Below, in pieces: positions 30,320 to 39,242 of a stretch of DNA of 64,000 nt (position 1 is its first letter; each line of letters opens with the position of its first letter). The stretch comes from an uncultured Lachnospiraceae bacterium. GTDB taxonomy: Bacteria; Bacillota; Clostridia; Lachnospirales; Lachnospiraceae. The notes under the pieces were generated by a model, which was not told where the DNA came from, did not search any database, and worked only from the letters and a program-made list of their open reading frames with translations. The translations under genes and the position numbers were made by a program. The stretch is taken from the NCBI GenBank assembly GCA_910578845.1, contig CAJTSL010000012.1, positions 15,144 through 79,143 on the forward strand, in the 5' to 3' direction.

Positions 30320-31298
30320 ATCGGAATTTAGAGAATTAAAACAAAGCGAAATACCGGATTTATGGAACCGGATCGAAGCAGCGCTCCCTGAGAAAAAAGC
30401 AACTGCAACATCTCCTGTAGAAGAAGCAACCGCCGTATCTCCTATGGGAAGAACAATCGCCACATCACCTACGGATAAAATAACCGCCGTGTCTCCTGCG
30501 GAAAAAGCGACAGCCATGTCACTGACAGAAAAAGCACCCCCCGGGATTCCTGGGAAAAGAAAACAGTATGCCCCTAAGAAAAAGGCTTCATGGGGGAATT
30601 GGGGAATACTTGCTGCGGCATGCCTGTGCGTGATGGTCATATTCCCGGCGGTCATGATGGGATTGACAAGCGGAACCAAAAGCGGCGGTTCTGATATGAT
30701 GTCATCGGCAGATACTGACAAAGCAGAGATGGAAGATGCTTCCGCTGATGTGTGGGAAGCAGCGGATGCGGATGAAGCGACGGGATCAGAAGAAGCCGCT
30801 GCCGGAAGTGAGGATGCCTCACCAGATACAGAGAGCGTCTATCCGGTGGATGAGACAGACGGAGTAGATGAGACAGACGGAGTAAATGGGACAGATGAAG
30901 CGGATGAGAAGACGGATAATGGCCTGGATGGGAGCGGGAATTTTGATAAAGCGCCTGTACTTGTAGATGGACAGATCCTAGAGGATGTGGTGGTGAAGAT
31001 CCTTAGCGCAGACGATATAGAGGGCGATGGCATTTACAAAGCGAGCGTGGAACAGGAGGACATCGGAGGCGTTCTGGGACGCGAAACGCAGATTGTGCTA
31101 ATTTGCAATGAGGAAAGCCAATATGCTTTTCCACGTGGTGCAAGGGAGAGCCTGGCACTGAAAAAAGGAGAAAGTTATGTTGTGACATTGCAGTATGAAG
31201 AATCTTATATAATGGAAGAAGATGCGAATGGCGTAGAAGATGGGCAAAGGGAAGGCATTTTAATGTTTTTCGTATTGGATGCCGCCCTGTTTGATTGA
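30303..31298 (+). CDS. Putative single-pass anti-sigma factor
   Basis: Overlaps the sigma gene; PDLWNRIEAAL N-terminus, one TM (LAAACLCVMVIFPAV), acidic C-terminal tail. Confidence 0.65.
   Translation: MERDFESEFRELKQSEIPDLWNRIEAALPEKKATATSPVEEATAVSPMGRTIATSPTDKITAVSPAEKATAMSLTEKAPPGIPGKRKQYAPKKKASWGNWGILAAACLCVMVIFPAVMMGLTSGTKSGGSDMMSSADTDKAEMEDASADVWEAADADEATGSEEAAAGSEDASPDTESVYPVDETDGVDETDGVNGTDEADEKTDNGLDGSGNFDKAPVLVDGQILEDVVVKILSADDIEGDGIYKASVEQEDIGGVLGRETQIVLICNEESQYAFPRGARESLALKKGESYVVTLQYEESYIMEEDANGVEDGQREGILMFFVLDAALFD
30396..30536 (+). repeat. In-frame 27-bp (9-aa) tandem repeat x5
   Basis: KATATSPVE / EATAVSPMG / RTIATSPTD / KITAVSPAE / KATAMSLTE. Confidence 0.75.
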
Positions 31299-31334
31299 TC
31301 ATGTCTATGAAATAAAGAAAGGAGCAGGAAGCGT

Positions 31335-32201
31335 ATGATGGATTTGCACATGCATAGCAGATACAGTGATGACGGACAGTTTACCCCATCTGAATTGGTA
31401 GGGAAATGTGCGGAAAAAGGGATTCGCATGATGTCTGTCACTGACCATAATTGTGCGAAAGCAAATGAAGAAGCAATGAAGGCTGCAAAGGAAAAAGGGA
31501 TCACCTATATTCCAGGCATTGAAATTGACTGTACTTATAAAGACACTAATTTTCATGTGCTTGGATATGGCATTGACTTTTGGAGCAGCGATTTTGAAAA
31601 GATCGAGAAGAATATAGACAGTCAGAGTTTTGAAGCTTCCCTTGTCAGGCTTGCTAAAACGCAGGCATTAGGTTTTGAACAGATCACAGAGGAGGATATG
31701 TGGGTGCTGTCGAAGAACAATTATTGGCAACGGAGCTGGTCAGGCGAAATGTTTGCGGAGGTTTTGCTGGCTATGCCGGAATATGCGGCGCACCCCATTT
31801 TAAAGCCTTATCGTCCCGGAGGGGAGAGGAGTGATAATCCATATGTGAATTTTTATTGGGATTATTATTCGCAGGGAAAGCCGTGCTATGCTAAAATCGA
31901 CTACCCGGCAATGGAAGAAATCATTGATATGCTTCACCACAATCATGGTGTGGCTGTCATTGCACATCCCGGCGTGAACCTTAAAGGGAAAGAATTTCTG
32001 CTGGATGATATTTTAAATCTTGGGATTGATGGGATAGAAGCGTATAGCAGTTACCATAGTCCGGCACAGGCGGGATATTATGATCAGGTTGCGCAGGAGA
32101 AAAAGATCTTCGTCACTTGCGGAAGTGACTATCATGGGAAAACCAAGCCGTCTATCGGGATTGGGCAGCATGGGAAGCCGGAAAAAGAAGAAGATAAATA
32201 A
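31335..32201 (+). CDS. PHP-domain metal-dependent phosphoesterase
   Basis: DLHMHSRYSDDG, VTDHN, GIEI, HVLGY, IAHP, GSDYHG. Confidence 0.9.
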   Translation: MMDLHMHSRYSDDGQFTPSELVGKCAEKGIRMMSVTDHNCAKANEEAMKAAKEKGITYIPGIEIDCTYKDTNFHVLGYGIDFWSSDFEKIEKNIDSQSFEASLVRLAKTQALGFEQITEEDMWVLSKNNYWQRSWSGEMFAEVLLAMPEYAAHPILKPYRPGGERSDNPYVNFYWDYYSQGKPCYAKIDYPAMEEIIDMLHHNHGVAVIAHPGVNLKGKEFLLDDILNLGIDGIEAYSSYHSPAQAGYYDQVAQEKKIFVTCGSDYHGKTKPSIGIGQHGKPEKEEDK

Positions 32202-32358
32202 AAATTTTCCAAAAAACCCATAAAAATATATTTCCTTATCCGTATCTATAATATAAGGCAAATTCGAAGAATGATCGAGTCACCGTAAGCATGTTGGCGG
32301 CATTGATGGACTGAGGGCAATGTCAGACATGTGGTAGGGGACAGAATGGAGGCTTGTT

Positions 32359-34107
32359 ATGAGAGAGGGTAAGAAAAGAGATAAGAAGAATGTGACACGC
32401 AGAGGGATGATTTGGGGAAAACAAACGGCAGGGAGACTGGCGGTAGCTATGGCGGCGATGATGGCCCTGGCAGGATGCGGCAGCGTAGGGGGAACAAAGA
32501 GTGGGTCGTCGGATATGGTAGCGACAGAGAATGCCTCAGAAGAATGGAAGGCGGAGGGCAATGCAGAATGGGATGCGGCTCCTGCTACGGAAGAAAGCAC
32601 GGCATACGGATATGATGATAGCTGGGGGCCGGATGGATGTTATGATTATGTGGATGAGCCGGAGACAAGATGTGAGCCATGGACGGAATATGGGCCTGAC
32701 ATAACGGACATGGAAGAATACCGTGAGATAACGGAAATGGGTTTTGTGCCTGCAAATGTAAATCCGCTTTCTACTTTTTCCGCAGACGTCGATACGGCTT
32801 CTTATAGTAATCTGCGCAGAATGATAGAAGATGGCTACCGTCTGGAAGATATACCCGACGGCGCTGTCAGAATAGAAGAGTTGCTGAATTATTTTGATTA
32901 TGATTATGTGCGCCCGCAGAAAGGTGAACCGTTTGGCGTCACGATGCAGATCGCGGATTGCCCATGGAATGAGAACAGTAAAATCGCCATGATCGGATTA
33001 AAGACAAGGGACATTGATTTCTCCGAAGCAAAGGATTCGAATCTTGTATTCCTGCTCGATGTGTCCGGTTCGATGGATTCACAGGATAAGCTGCCGCTAT
33101 TGCAAAAGTCGTTCTCTATGCTGGCAGAAAATCTGACAGATAAAGATACGGTTTCTATTGTCGTATACGCCGGGGAAGACAGGGTAGTCCTAGAGGGGGC
33201 AAACGGATCAGAGCGAAAGAAAATCGTAGATGCGTTAAACAGCTTAGAGGCAGGCGGCTCTACAGCCGGAAGCGATGGGATAATCACGGCATATCAGATT
33301 GCAGAGAAATATTTTATTGAAGGCGGTAATAACCGTGTGATTCTGGCGACGGACGGGGATTTGAACGTTGGTCTGACGACGGAAGAAGAACTCGAAGAAC
33401 TGATCAGTGAGAAGAAACGTTCTGGCGTCTATCTGTCTGTACTTGGCTTCGGGACATGGAATATCAAAGACAATAAAATGGAGACGCTTGCTGATAAAGG
33501 CAATGGCAATTATGCTTATATTGATTCCGTTACAGAGGCGAAGAAGGTCCTGGTGGAAGAAATGGGCGCGACTTTAGTGACTGTAGCGGACGATGTTAAG
33601 TTCCAGGTGGAATTCAACCCGGAAGTCGTAGCGGGCTATCGTCTCATTGGCTATGAGAACAGACAGCTTGCCGAGCAGGATTTTGCGGATGATACGAAAG
33701 ATGCAGGCGAAATCGGTGCAGGGCATACGGTTACAGTTTTATATGAGATCGTGACTACGGACACAAAGACAACTTATGCCGGTACTTCTTTAAAATATGG
33801 GAAAGAAAAAGAATTGCCCGATGAGGAGTGGTTCACCGTCAATATCCGATACAAAGAACCGGGAGAAAAAGAAAGCTGCTTGCTTTCCTATCCGGCTGAC
33901 ATTGCGAAATATACTAAGGATCCGGGGCAGGATATGCAGTTTGCAATGGCAGTGGCAGAATTTGGCCTGGTCGTAAATGACAGTGATTACAAAGGGGATG
34001 CAACAATCCTTACCGTGATCGACAGGCTAAAAGCCATAGATACCAAAGCGGATGAATATAGAGATGAATTCTGTTATCTGGTGAGAAGGCTTCAGAGAAA
34101 TGAGTAA
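32359..34107 (+). CDS. vWA-domain lipoprotein (YfbK-like)
   Basis: Lipobox ALAGC; STFSADVDTASY, MIDAS FLLDVSGSM, ILATDGDLNVG, GYENR, DAGEIGAGH; start codon uncertain. Confidence 0.85.
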   Translation: MREGKKRDKKNVTRRGMIWGKQTAGRLAVAMAAMMALAGCGSVGGTKSGSSDMVATENASEEWKAEGNAEWDAAPATEESTAYGYDDSWGPDGCYDYVDEPETRCEPWTEYGPDITDMEEYREITEMGFVPANVNPLSTFSADVDTASYSNLRRMIEDGYRLEDIPDGAVRIEELLNYFDYDYVRPQKGEPFGVTMQIADCPWNENSKIAMIGLKTRDIDFSEAKDSNLVFLLDVSGSMDSQDKLPLLQKSFSMLAENLTDKDTVSIVVYAGEDRVVLEGANGSERKKIVDALNSLEAGGSTAGSDGIITAYQIAEKYFIEGGNNRVILATDGDLNVGLTTEEELEELISEKKRSGVYLSVLGFGTWNIKDNKMETLADKGNGNYAYIDSVTEAKKVLVEEMGATLVTVADDVKFQVEFNPEVVAGYRLIGYENRQLAEQDFADDTKDAGEIGAGHTVTVLYEIVTTDTKTTYAGTSLKYGKEKELPDEEWFTVNIRYKEPGEKESCLLSYPADIAKYTKDPGQDMQFAMAVAEFGLVVNDSDYKGDATILTVIDRLKAIDTKADEYRDEFCYLVRRLQRNE

Positions 34108-34242
34108 GTTAAGAAGACGTGGCATGAGGTCCAGATAGCAGAGACAAATACAAAAGATAATTTGACTTGCTATTTTCGGGAATATCCAATACAATAAATA
34201 TGATATATATAAATACATAAGTTTTCTTGAGGAGGAAGAGAA

Positions 34243-34629
34243 ATGAGTTCATCAGAGGTTGCTGCTACAGCAGCGGTAGGGGCATTTGCCCTAGTTTACA
34301 TGCTTTTTGTGTTTGCGCTTTTAATAGTCGAACTGATTGGCATGTGGAAGGTTTTTGTAAAGGCGGGTAAGCCAGGATGGGCAGCGATTGTGCCGTTTTA
34401 CAATCTTTATTGCCTGTTTGAGATGTCATTTGGCAATGGCTGGCTGTTCTTATTGGTGTTTGTGCCATGTGCGAACTTTATCATAATGATTATGCATAGC
34501 TTTAAGCTGGCGCAGGCATTTGGTAAAGAAATGGCATTCGGTATCGGGTTGTTGTTCTTAAATCCTATTTTCATGATGATTCTTGGATTTGGCGATGCAC
34601 AGTTTGTTGGGCCGGACAATAATAGATAG
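34243..34629 (+). CDS. Small membrane protein (DUF5684-like)
   Basis: WKVFVKAGKPGWAAIVPFYNLY motif, hydrophobic; RBS GAGGAGG. Confidence 0.75.
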   Translation: MSSSEVAATAAVGAFALVYMLFVFALLIVELIGMWKVFVKAGKPGWAAIVPFYNLYCLFEMSFGNGWLFLLVFVPCANFIIMIMHSFKLAQAFGKEMAFGIGLLFLNPIFMMILGFGDAQFVGPDNNR

Positions 34630-34655
34630 TATTTTATCCAAGCAGTATGTAATTT

Positions 34656-34686
34656 AAGGGGCGCATTTTCATGCGCCCTTATTTTG
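34656..34686 (+). terminator. Intrinsic terminator
   Basis: GGGCGCAT-TTTC-ATGCGCCC followed by TTATTTT. Confidence 0.7.
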
Positions 34687-34752
34687 TCAGTACAAAGAGC
34701 TTTCCGATAAAGCGGTTGCAGGGAAGCGGCATAAAAGAAAGGTGGTTTTGAT

Positions 34753-35772
34753 ATGACGGAAACGGACAAAACAAAGAAGCAGCTTATGATCTTTGTGCTT
34801 GTGACATATGGAGCGGCTTATCTGATGGGCATTTTAATGTGGTACGGAAGCACGATGCAGGTGGAGCTGAGCATTTTTCCCGCTACCCAGATGTTATACC
34901 CGGCGGCAGGGGTGATGCTGGCTTATTTGTTAACGAAATGGGAAGATAGTTTGCTTCCGAAATGGTTTTATCTGTGTTTCTTGCTCATAACGTTGTTGAT
35001 GATATTGTTTTCGATATTGTCTCTTGTGGTGCCAGGGCAGGAATTAAAGCCTAATGGGATGGAGGTTTCTATATGGCGTGATCTCTCCGGTGGAGTGGCC
35101 GTTGGCGGGAGCATTTTCTGCTGGATTGCTTTGTTGATAGCGGGAAAAGAGCGAAGAACGGCTTACGGTCTCAGATGGAAATGTGGGAAAACTTCTTTGT
35201 TGTGTATACTTCTTTTCTTCGTGCTATATTTGGTTCGGACAGTCGTTGCCTATGCGGTAAGTGGCCAGATGGAAATGTTGCGCACCATATTGTCAAGTTC
35301 GATGAATTGGAGTTATATCATTGTCATGCCGATAGGCTTTTTCTTAACTTTTGTAACGTTCTTCGGAGAAGAATACGGATGGCGATACTACTTACAGCCG
35401 ATTCTACAGAAACGGTTCGGTATGAAGGGCGGTGTTCTGCTTCTTGGTGTGGCTTGGGGATTGTGGCATATTTTCCTAGACTTTTTCTATTATATGCCAA
35501 GCGGTCCCGTAGCGGTTATCGCACAAGTAATAAATTGTGTTTTTCTCAGTATTTTCTTTGCCTGGACGTATCTGAAAACTGATAATGTCTGGGTTCCCGC
35601 CATCATGCATTTTATGAACAATTCACTGTCGTGGATGATGGTTGGCCATTATTCGCAGAAGGTGTTAGAGAACCAACAAGCAGACTGGGGGATGGTGTTG
35701 GAAACCTTGTTCTTGAACGGTGTGGTTTTTGGATTTTTCCTGTTGTCGAAAGAATTTCGGAAGAAGGATTAA
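34753..35772 (+). CDS. CPBP/Abi family intramembrane glutamic protease
   Basis: GEEYGWRYYL, WGLWH, HFMNN motifs; multi-TM. Confidence 0.88.
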   Translation: MTETDKTKKQLMIFVLVTYGAAYLMGILMWYGSTMQVELSIFPATQMLYPAAGVMLAYLLTKWEDSLLPKWFYLCFLLITLLMILFSILSLVVPGQELKPNGMEVSIWRDLSGGVAVGGSIFCWIALLIAGKERRTAYGLRWKCGKTSLLCILLFFVLYLVRTVVAYAVSGQMEMLRTILSSSMNWSYIIVMPIGFFLTFVTFFGEEYGWRYYLQPILQKRFGMKGGVLLLGVAWGLWHIFLDFFYYMPSGPVAVIAQVINCVFLSIFFAWTYLKTDNVWVPAIMHFMNNSLSWMMVGHYSQKVLENQQADWGMVLETLFLNGVVFGFFLLSKEFRKKD

Positions 35773-35908
35773 GAACATAAAGGATGAAGCAGATAAAGGA
35801 TGAAAGATGAAGAATGAAGCAGACAAAGGATGAAAAATATGAAGGACGAAGCACTCGGAGAATGTCATAGATCTAACATTCTCCAATTGCCGGAAGTAAC
35901 TTGCCATA

Positions 35909-36196
35909 CTAGTTCTGGGATGACTTTAACGCCTGGATTCGCATTTGGATATTCTGTTCAAATTCTTCATCTGAATATCTGGGGTCTCTTGTATTCCTCC
36001 AAATATCACACGGTGCTTTGTCACATTCACCGCAGCCTTTTAATTCTTTATCATGGATGGAGCATTGATAGATAGCACATGCCGTGCCTTCCGGTGCGTG
36101 AAAAACCTTTCCTTCGCATTCGTTGCATCCCGTACACATATTGCCAAAGCAGCCGCAGGTACGGCAATCAGTTCCGCATACAGATAAATTTGCCAT
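35909..36196 (-). CDS. Cys-rich small protein (DUF3795-like)
   Basis: CGTDCRTC, CTGC, CAIYQC, CGECDKAPC; RBS AAGGA. Confidence 0.75.
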   Translation of the reverse strand: MANLSVCGTDCRTCGCFGNMCTGCNECEGKVFHAPEGTACAIYQCSIHDKELKGCGECDKAPCDIWRNTRDPRYSDEEFEQNIQMRIQALKSSQN

Positions 36197-36448
36197 TTTT
36201 TTTCATCCTTTCTTCGTTGTATGATGATAGTTTGCTTATGAGATTGTCGCGCAAACGCCACAGCATGGCGCGATAGCTGGCGCTAAAAACTCCTGTTTAT
36301 TGTAGGATATTTTCCGAAGAAAGTCTTGTATATTTCCGACATTTTAGAATTTAGACAGAATACGAGGATATTGTATTTTTTCCAGTACAATCCAGACGGC
36401 GGTTGCAAAGTTCTCATTTATGTGCTATATAATAAGCATATATACAAA

Positions 36449-36735
36449 TGCGATGAAGGAGACTCGCTTTGTGGAAAACGACAGGAATACGGCGTCACCG
36501 ACTGAGAGCGCTGTTTGTGGGAAGCAGAGACTGGGAACACTCCGGAGCAGATTGCCCGAACAATCTGAAGGGGAACGAAGGAGGCTAGGGCAATACGTTG
36601 CACGCGTTAAGTGTCAGAGTGGGCAGGGCGGTAAAACATCTTGTTAGAGATGGCGGCTTGTCAATGCGGGTGGTACCGCGGATATGTATGATTATCCGTC
36701 CCGGAATACAGAAAATGTGTTCCGGGACTTTTTTT
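36449..36735 (+). promoter_or_regulatory. T-box riboswitch (probably Asn, AAC specifier) with terminator, upstream of aspS-gatCAB
   Basis: GCGATGAAGGAG start, ACTGAGAG loop, GGAACACTCC specifier region (AAC 36536-36538), AATGCGGGTGGTACCGCG (36663-36680), terminator GTCCCGGAATACA/TGTGTTCCGGGAC + T7. Confidence 0.88.
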
Positions 36736-36737
36736 AT

Positions 36738-36925
36738 GCACACGGGCGTCCCAAGGAAGAATGTCAGCAGAAGCTGACGGACGCCCGGCGCACGAGTAGG
36801 GAAAGGAGCTTTCCCTACTCGATCGCATACGGCACACGGGCGTCCCAAGAAAAAGTGTCAGCATAAGCTGACGGACGCCCGGCGCGCGAGTAGGGGAAGA
36901 AAACTTCCCTACGCGATTGCACAGG
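36738..36925. repeat. Two tandem 94-bp GC-rich structured repeats
   Basis: Units start at 36738 and 36832 (GCACACGGGCGTCCCAAG...); each has CGGGCGTCC/GGACGCCCG, GTCAGC/GCTGAC and GTAGGG/CCCTAC stems. Confidence 0.85.
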
Positions 36926-36966
36926 TGAAAAAAGTCCCGGAAACCAGAACAGAAAGGGGCATGATG

Positions 36967-38724
36967 ATGATGGAAAAGAAAACAGGAAACATGTACAGGG
37001 AAATTACGTTAGAGCATCTAGGGGAAGAGCAGATCGGCAGAGAGCTAAAAGTAGCCGGATGGGTGGAAAACATCAGGGACCATGGCGGCGTATCTTTTGT
37101 GGACTTGCGGGATATGTATGGTGTCTTGCAGGTGGTGATGCGTGACACTTCCCTTTTGGATGGGCTCTCCAAGGAGATGTGTATTTCCATTGAGGGATTG
37201 GTTGAGAAGAGGGATGAGGAGACGTATAACCCGAAGATTCCGACCGGAACGATTGAGCTTGTGGCTCATCAGGTGGCAATCCTTGGCAAAGTATATAAGC
37301 AGCTTCCCTTTGAGATCATGGCGTCAAAAGAGATAAGGGAAGAGGTGCGGCTAAAGTACCGCTATTTGGATCTGCGTAACAAAAAGGTGAAAGACAACAT
37401 GATTTTCCGTTCCAAGGTCATTAGCTTTCTGCGGGAAAAGATGAGCGGGATGGGATTTTTGGAAATCCAGACGCCGATCTTATGCGCTTCTTCTCCGGAG
37501 GGCGCAAGGGATTATATCGTGCCGTCAAGAAAACATAAAGGAAAATTCTATGCGCTTCCACAAGCGCCACAACAATATAAGCAGCTTCTGATGGTATCAG
37601 GATTTGATAAGTATTTCCAGATTGCGCCTTGCTTCCGGGATGAAGATGCGCGTGCGGACCGTTCGCCCGGGGAATTCTATCAGCTTGACTTTGAAATGAG
37701 CTTTGCCACACAGGAAGATGTTTTCCATGTCGGTGAAGAAGTGTTATCGGCTGTCTTCGAGAAATTTGCGCCTAAAGGGTGTGCCGTGACGAAAGCGCCG
37801 TATCCGGTCATAAGCTATAAGCAGGCAATGGTAGAGTTTGGCACGGATAAGCCTGACTTGCGCAACCCATTACGGATTATAGATTTGACAGAGTATTTTC
37901 AAAGATGTGCGTTCAAACCCTTCCATAGCAGGACAGTTCGGGCGATTAAAGTGCATGCAGAAATGTCGAAAGGCTTCCATGAGAAGCTGCTGAAATTTGC
38001 GACCGGTATGGGCATGGGAGGATTAGGATACCTGGAAGTAGACGAAGGCCTGGCTTATAAAGGCCCGATCGATAAGTTCATCCCGGAGACATTGAAAAAA
38101 GAGCTTGCTATGCTGGCAGGGCTTTCTGCCGGAGATACGATTTTCTTCATTGCAGACAGGGAAGAGAGAGCTGCCTACTATGCAGGCCAGTTACGGACGG
38201 AACTGGGAGAGAAGCTGGATTTGATAGAGAAAGATGCATACCGTTTCTGCTATGTAAATGATTTCCCAATGTTTGAGATAGATGAGGATACCAAGCAGAT
38301 CGGATTTAAGCACAATCCCTTTTCAATGCCACAGGGCGGTTTAGAGGCGCTTAAGACCAAGGATGCGCTGGATATTCTTGCTTATCAGTATGATATTGTA
38401 TGCAATGGCGTAGAGCTTTCTTCCGGTGCGGTCCGTAACCATGATATGGAGATTATGGTGAAAGCCTTTGCAATTGCAGGGTATGATGAGGAAACGTTGC
38501 AGAAGAAGTTCGGAGCGCTTTACAATGCCTTTCAGTTTGGCGCCCCGCCGCATGCAGGCATGGCGCCGGGCATTGACCGGATGCTGATGTTATTACGGGG
38601 GGAAGAGAACATCAGGGAGGTCATTGCCTTCCCGATGAGCGGGACGGCGCAGGATTTCATGTGCGGCGCGCCAAATGACGTCACAGAGCAGCAGCTTCGG
38701 GATGCGCACATTAAGATTAGGTAG
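36967..38724 (+). CDS. aspS: Aspartate--tRNA ligase, probably non-discriminating
   Basis: RDHGGVSFVDLRD, YRYLDLR, PEGARDY, ALPQAPQQYKQ, FRDEDARADR, PPHAGMAPGIDR; cotranscribed with gatCAB; several in-frame ATGs at 36961-36970. Confidence 0.95.
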   Translation: MMEKKTGNMYREITLEHLGEEQIGRELKVAGWVENIRDHGGVSFVDLRDMYGVLQVVMRDTSLLDGLSKEMCISIEGLVEKRDEETYNPKIPTGTIELVAHQVAILGKVYKQLPFEIMASKEIREEVRLKYRYLDLRNKKVKDNMIFRSKVISFLREKMSGMGFLEIQTPILCASSPEGARDYIVPSRKHKGKFYALPQAPQQYKQLLMVSGFDKYFQIAPCFRDEDARADRSPGEFYQLDFEMSFATQEDVFHVGEEVLSAVFEKFAPKGCAVTKAPYPVISYKQAMVEFGTDKPDLRNPLRIIDLTEYFQRCAFKPFHSRTVRAIKVHAEMSKGFHEKLLKFATGMGMGGLGYLEVDEGLAYKGPIDKFIPETLKKELAMLAGLSAGDTIFFIADREERAAYYAGQLRTELGEKLDLIEKDAYRFCYVNDFPMFEIDEDTKQIGFKHNPFSMPQGGLEALKTKDALDILAYQYDIVCNGVELSSGAVRNHDMEIMVKAFAIAGYDEETLQKKFGALYNAFQFGAPPHAGMAPGIDRMLMLLRGEENIREVIAFPMSGTAQDFMCGAPNDVTEQQLRDAHIKIR

Positions 38725-38741
38725 GCTTTCGTGATCTTGTC

Positions 38742-38789
38742 TATATTGCATAATTAGGTTTTGGGAAATTGGAGTTTCGCAATTAACTA
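38742..38789. repeat. MITE/REP-like palindromic element, left arm degenerate
   Basis: ATTGCATAATTAGGTTTTGGGAAATTGGAGTTTCGCAATTAACTA; core identical to the copy at 12097. Confidence 0.65.
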
Positions 38790-38826
38790 GTAGGATCAGA
38801 GAAAGAACGGAGAAGAGTGGAAAGGA

Positions 38827-39129
38827 ATGAAGAAGAGCATGGCAAATGTGATTACGGATGAAACAATTGAATATGTCGGCATTCTGGCGAAACTAGAGCT
38901 TTCAAAAGAAGAGCAGGAACAGGCGAAGAAAGACATGGGCAGGATGCTGGATTATATTGACAAGCTTGGCGAACTGGACACGGAGGGGATAGAGCCAATG
39001 TCGCATGTATTCCCGGTGCAGAATGTGTTCCGGGAAGATAGTATTGTAAACTCTGACACAAGGGAAGAGTTTCTGGCAAATGCGCCGGAGCAAAAAGACG
39101 GTATGTTCGTAGTGCCGAAGACTTTTTAA
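38827..39129 (+). CDS. gatC: Asp/Glu-tRNA amidotransferase subunit C
   Basis: [42 protein letters not shown]. Confidence 0.93.
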   Translation: MKKSMANVITDETIEYVGILAKLELSKEEQEQAKKDMGRMLDYIDKLGELDTEGIEPMSHVFPVQNVFREDSIVNSDTREEFLANAPEQKDGMFVVPKTF

Positions 39130-39242
39130 AGAGCTAAGTGGAGATTTGTCCTCTCATTGGTACGGGATTTTGGCGGGAAAGACGGATGGGAAAATGGACG
39201 GATGGGGTAAGCAGACTGAAAGAAAGGCATAGGTATGGGCTG

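Noticed and set aside
36418..36866. Several 60-87-aa ORFs upstream of aspS
   Set aside because: They overlap the T-box RNA and structured repeats and show no protein motifs.
36738..36925. Possible CRISPR array or tRNA pair
   Set aside because: Only two full-length units with no spacers; no cloverleaf, T-loop (GTTCRA) or CCA end.
36875..36945. Resemblance to a group IIC intron 5' end (GCCCGGC...GGTGAAA..GTCCCG after a terminator)
   Set aside because: The match is short, there is no GTGYG start, domain V or RT ORF, and the GTCCCGGAA part is fully explained as the complement of the terminator.
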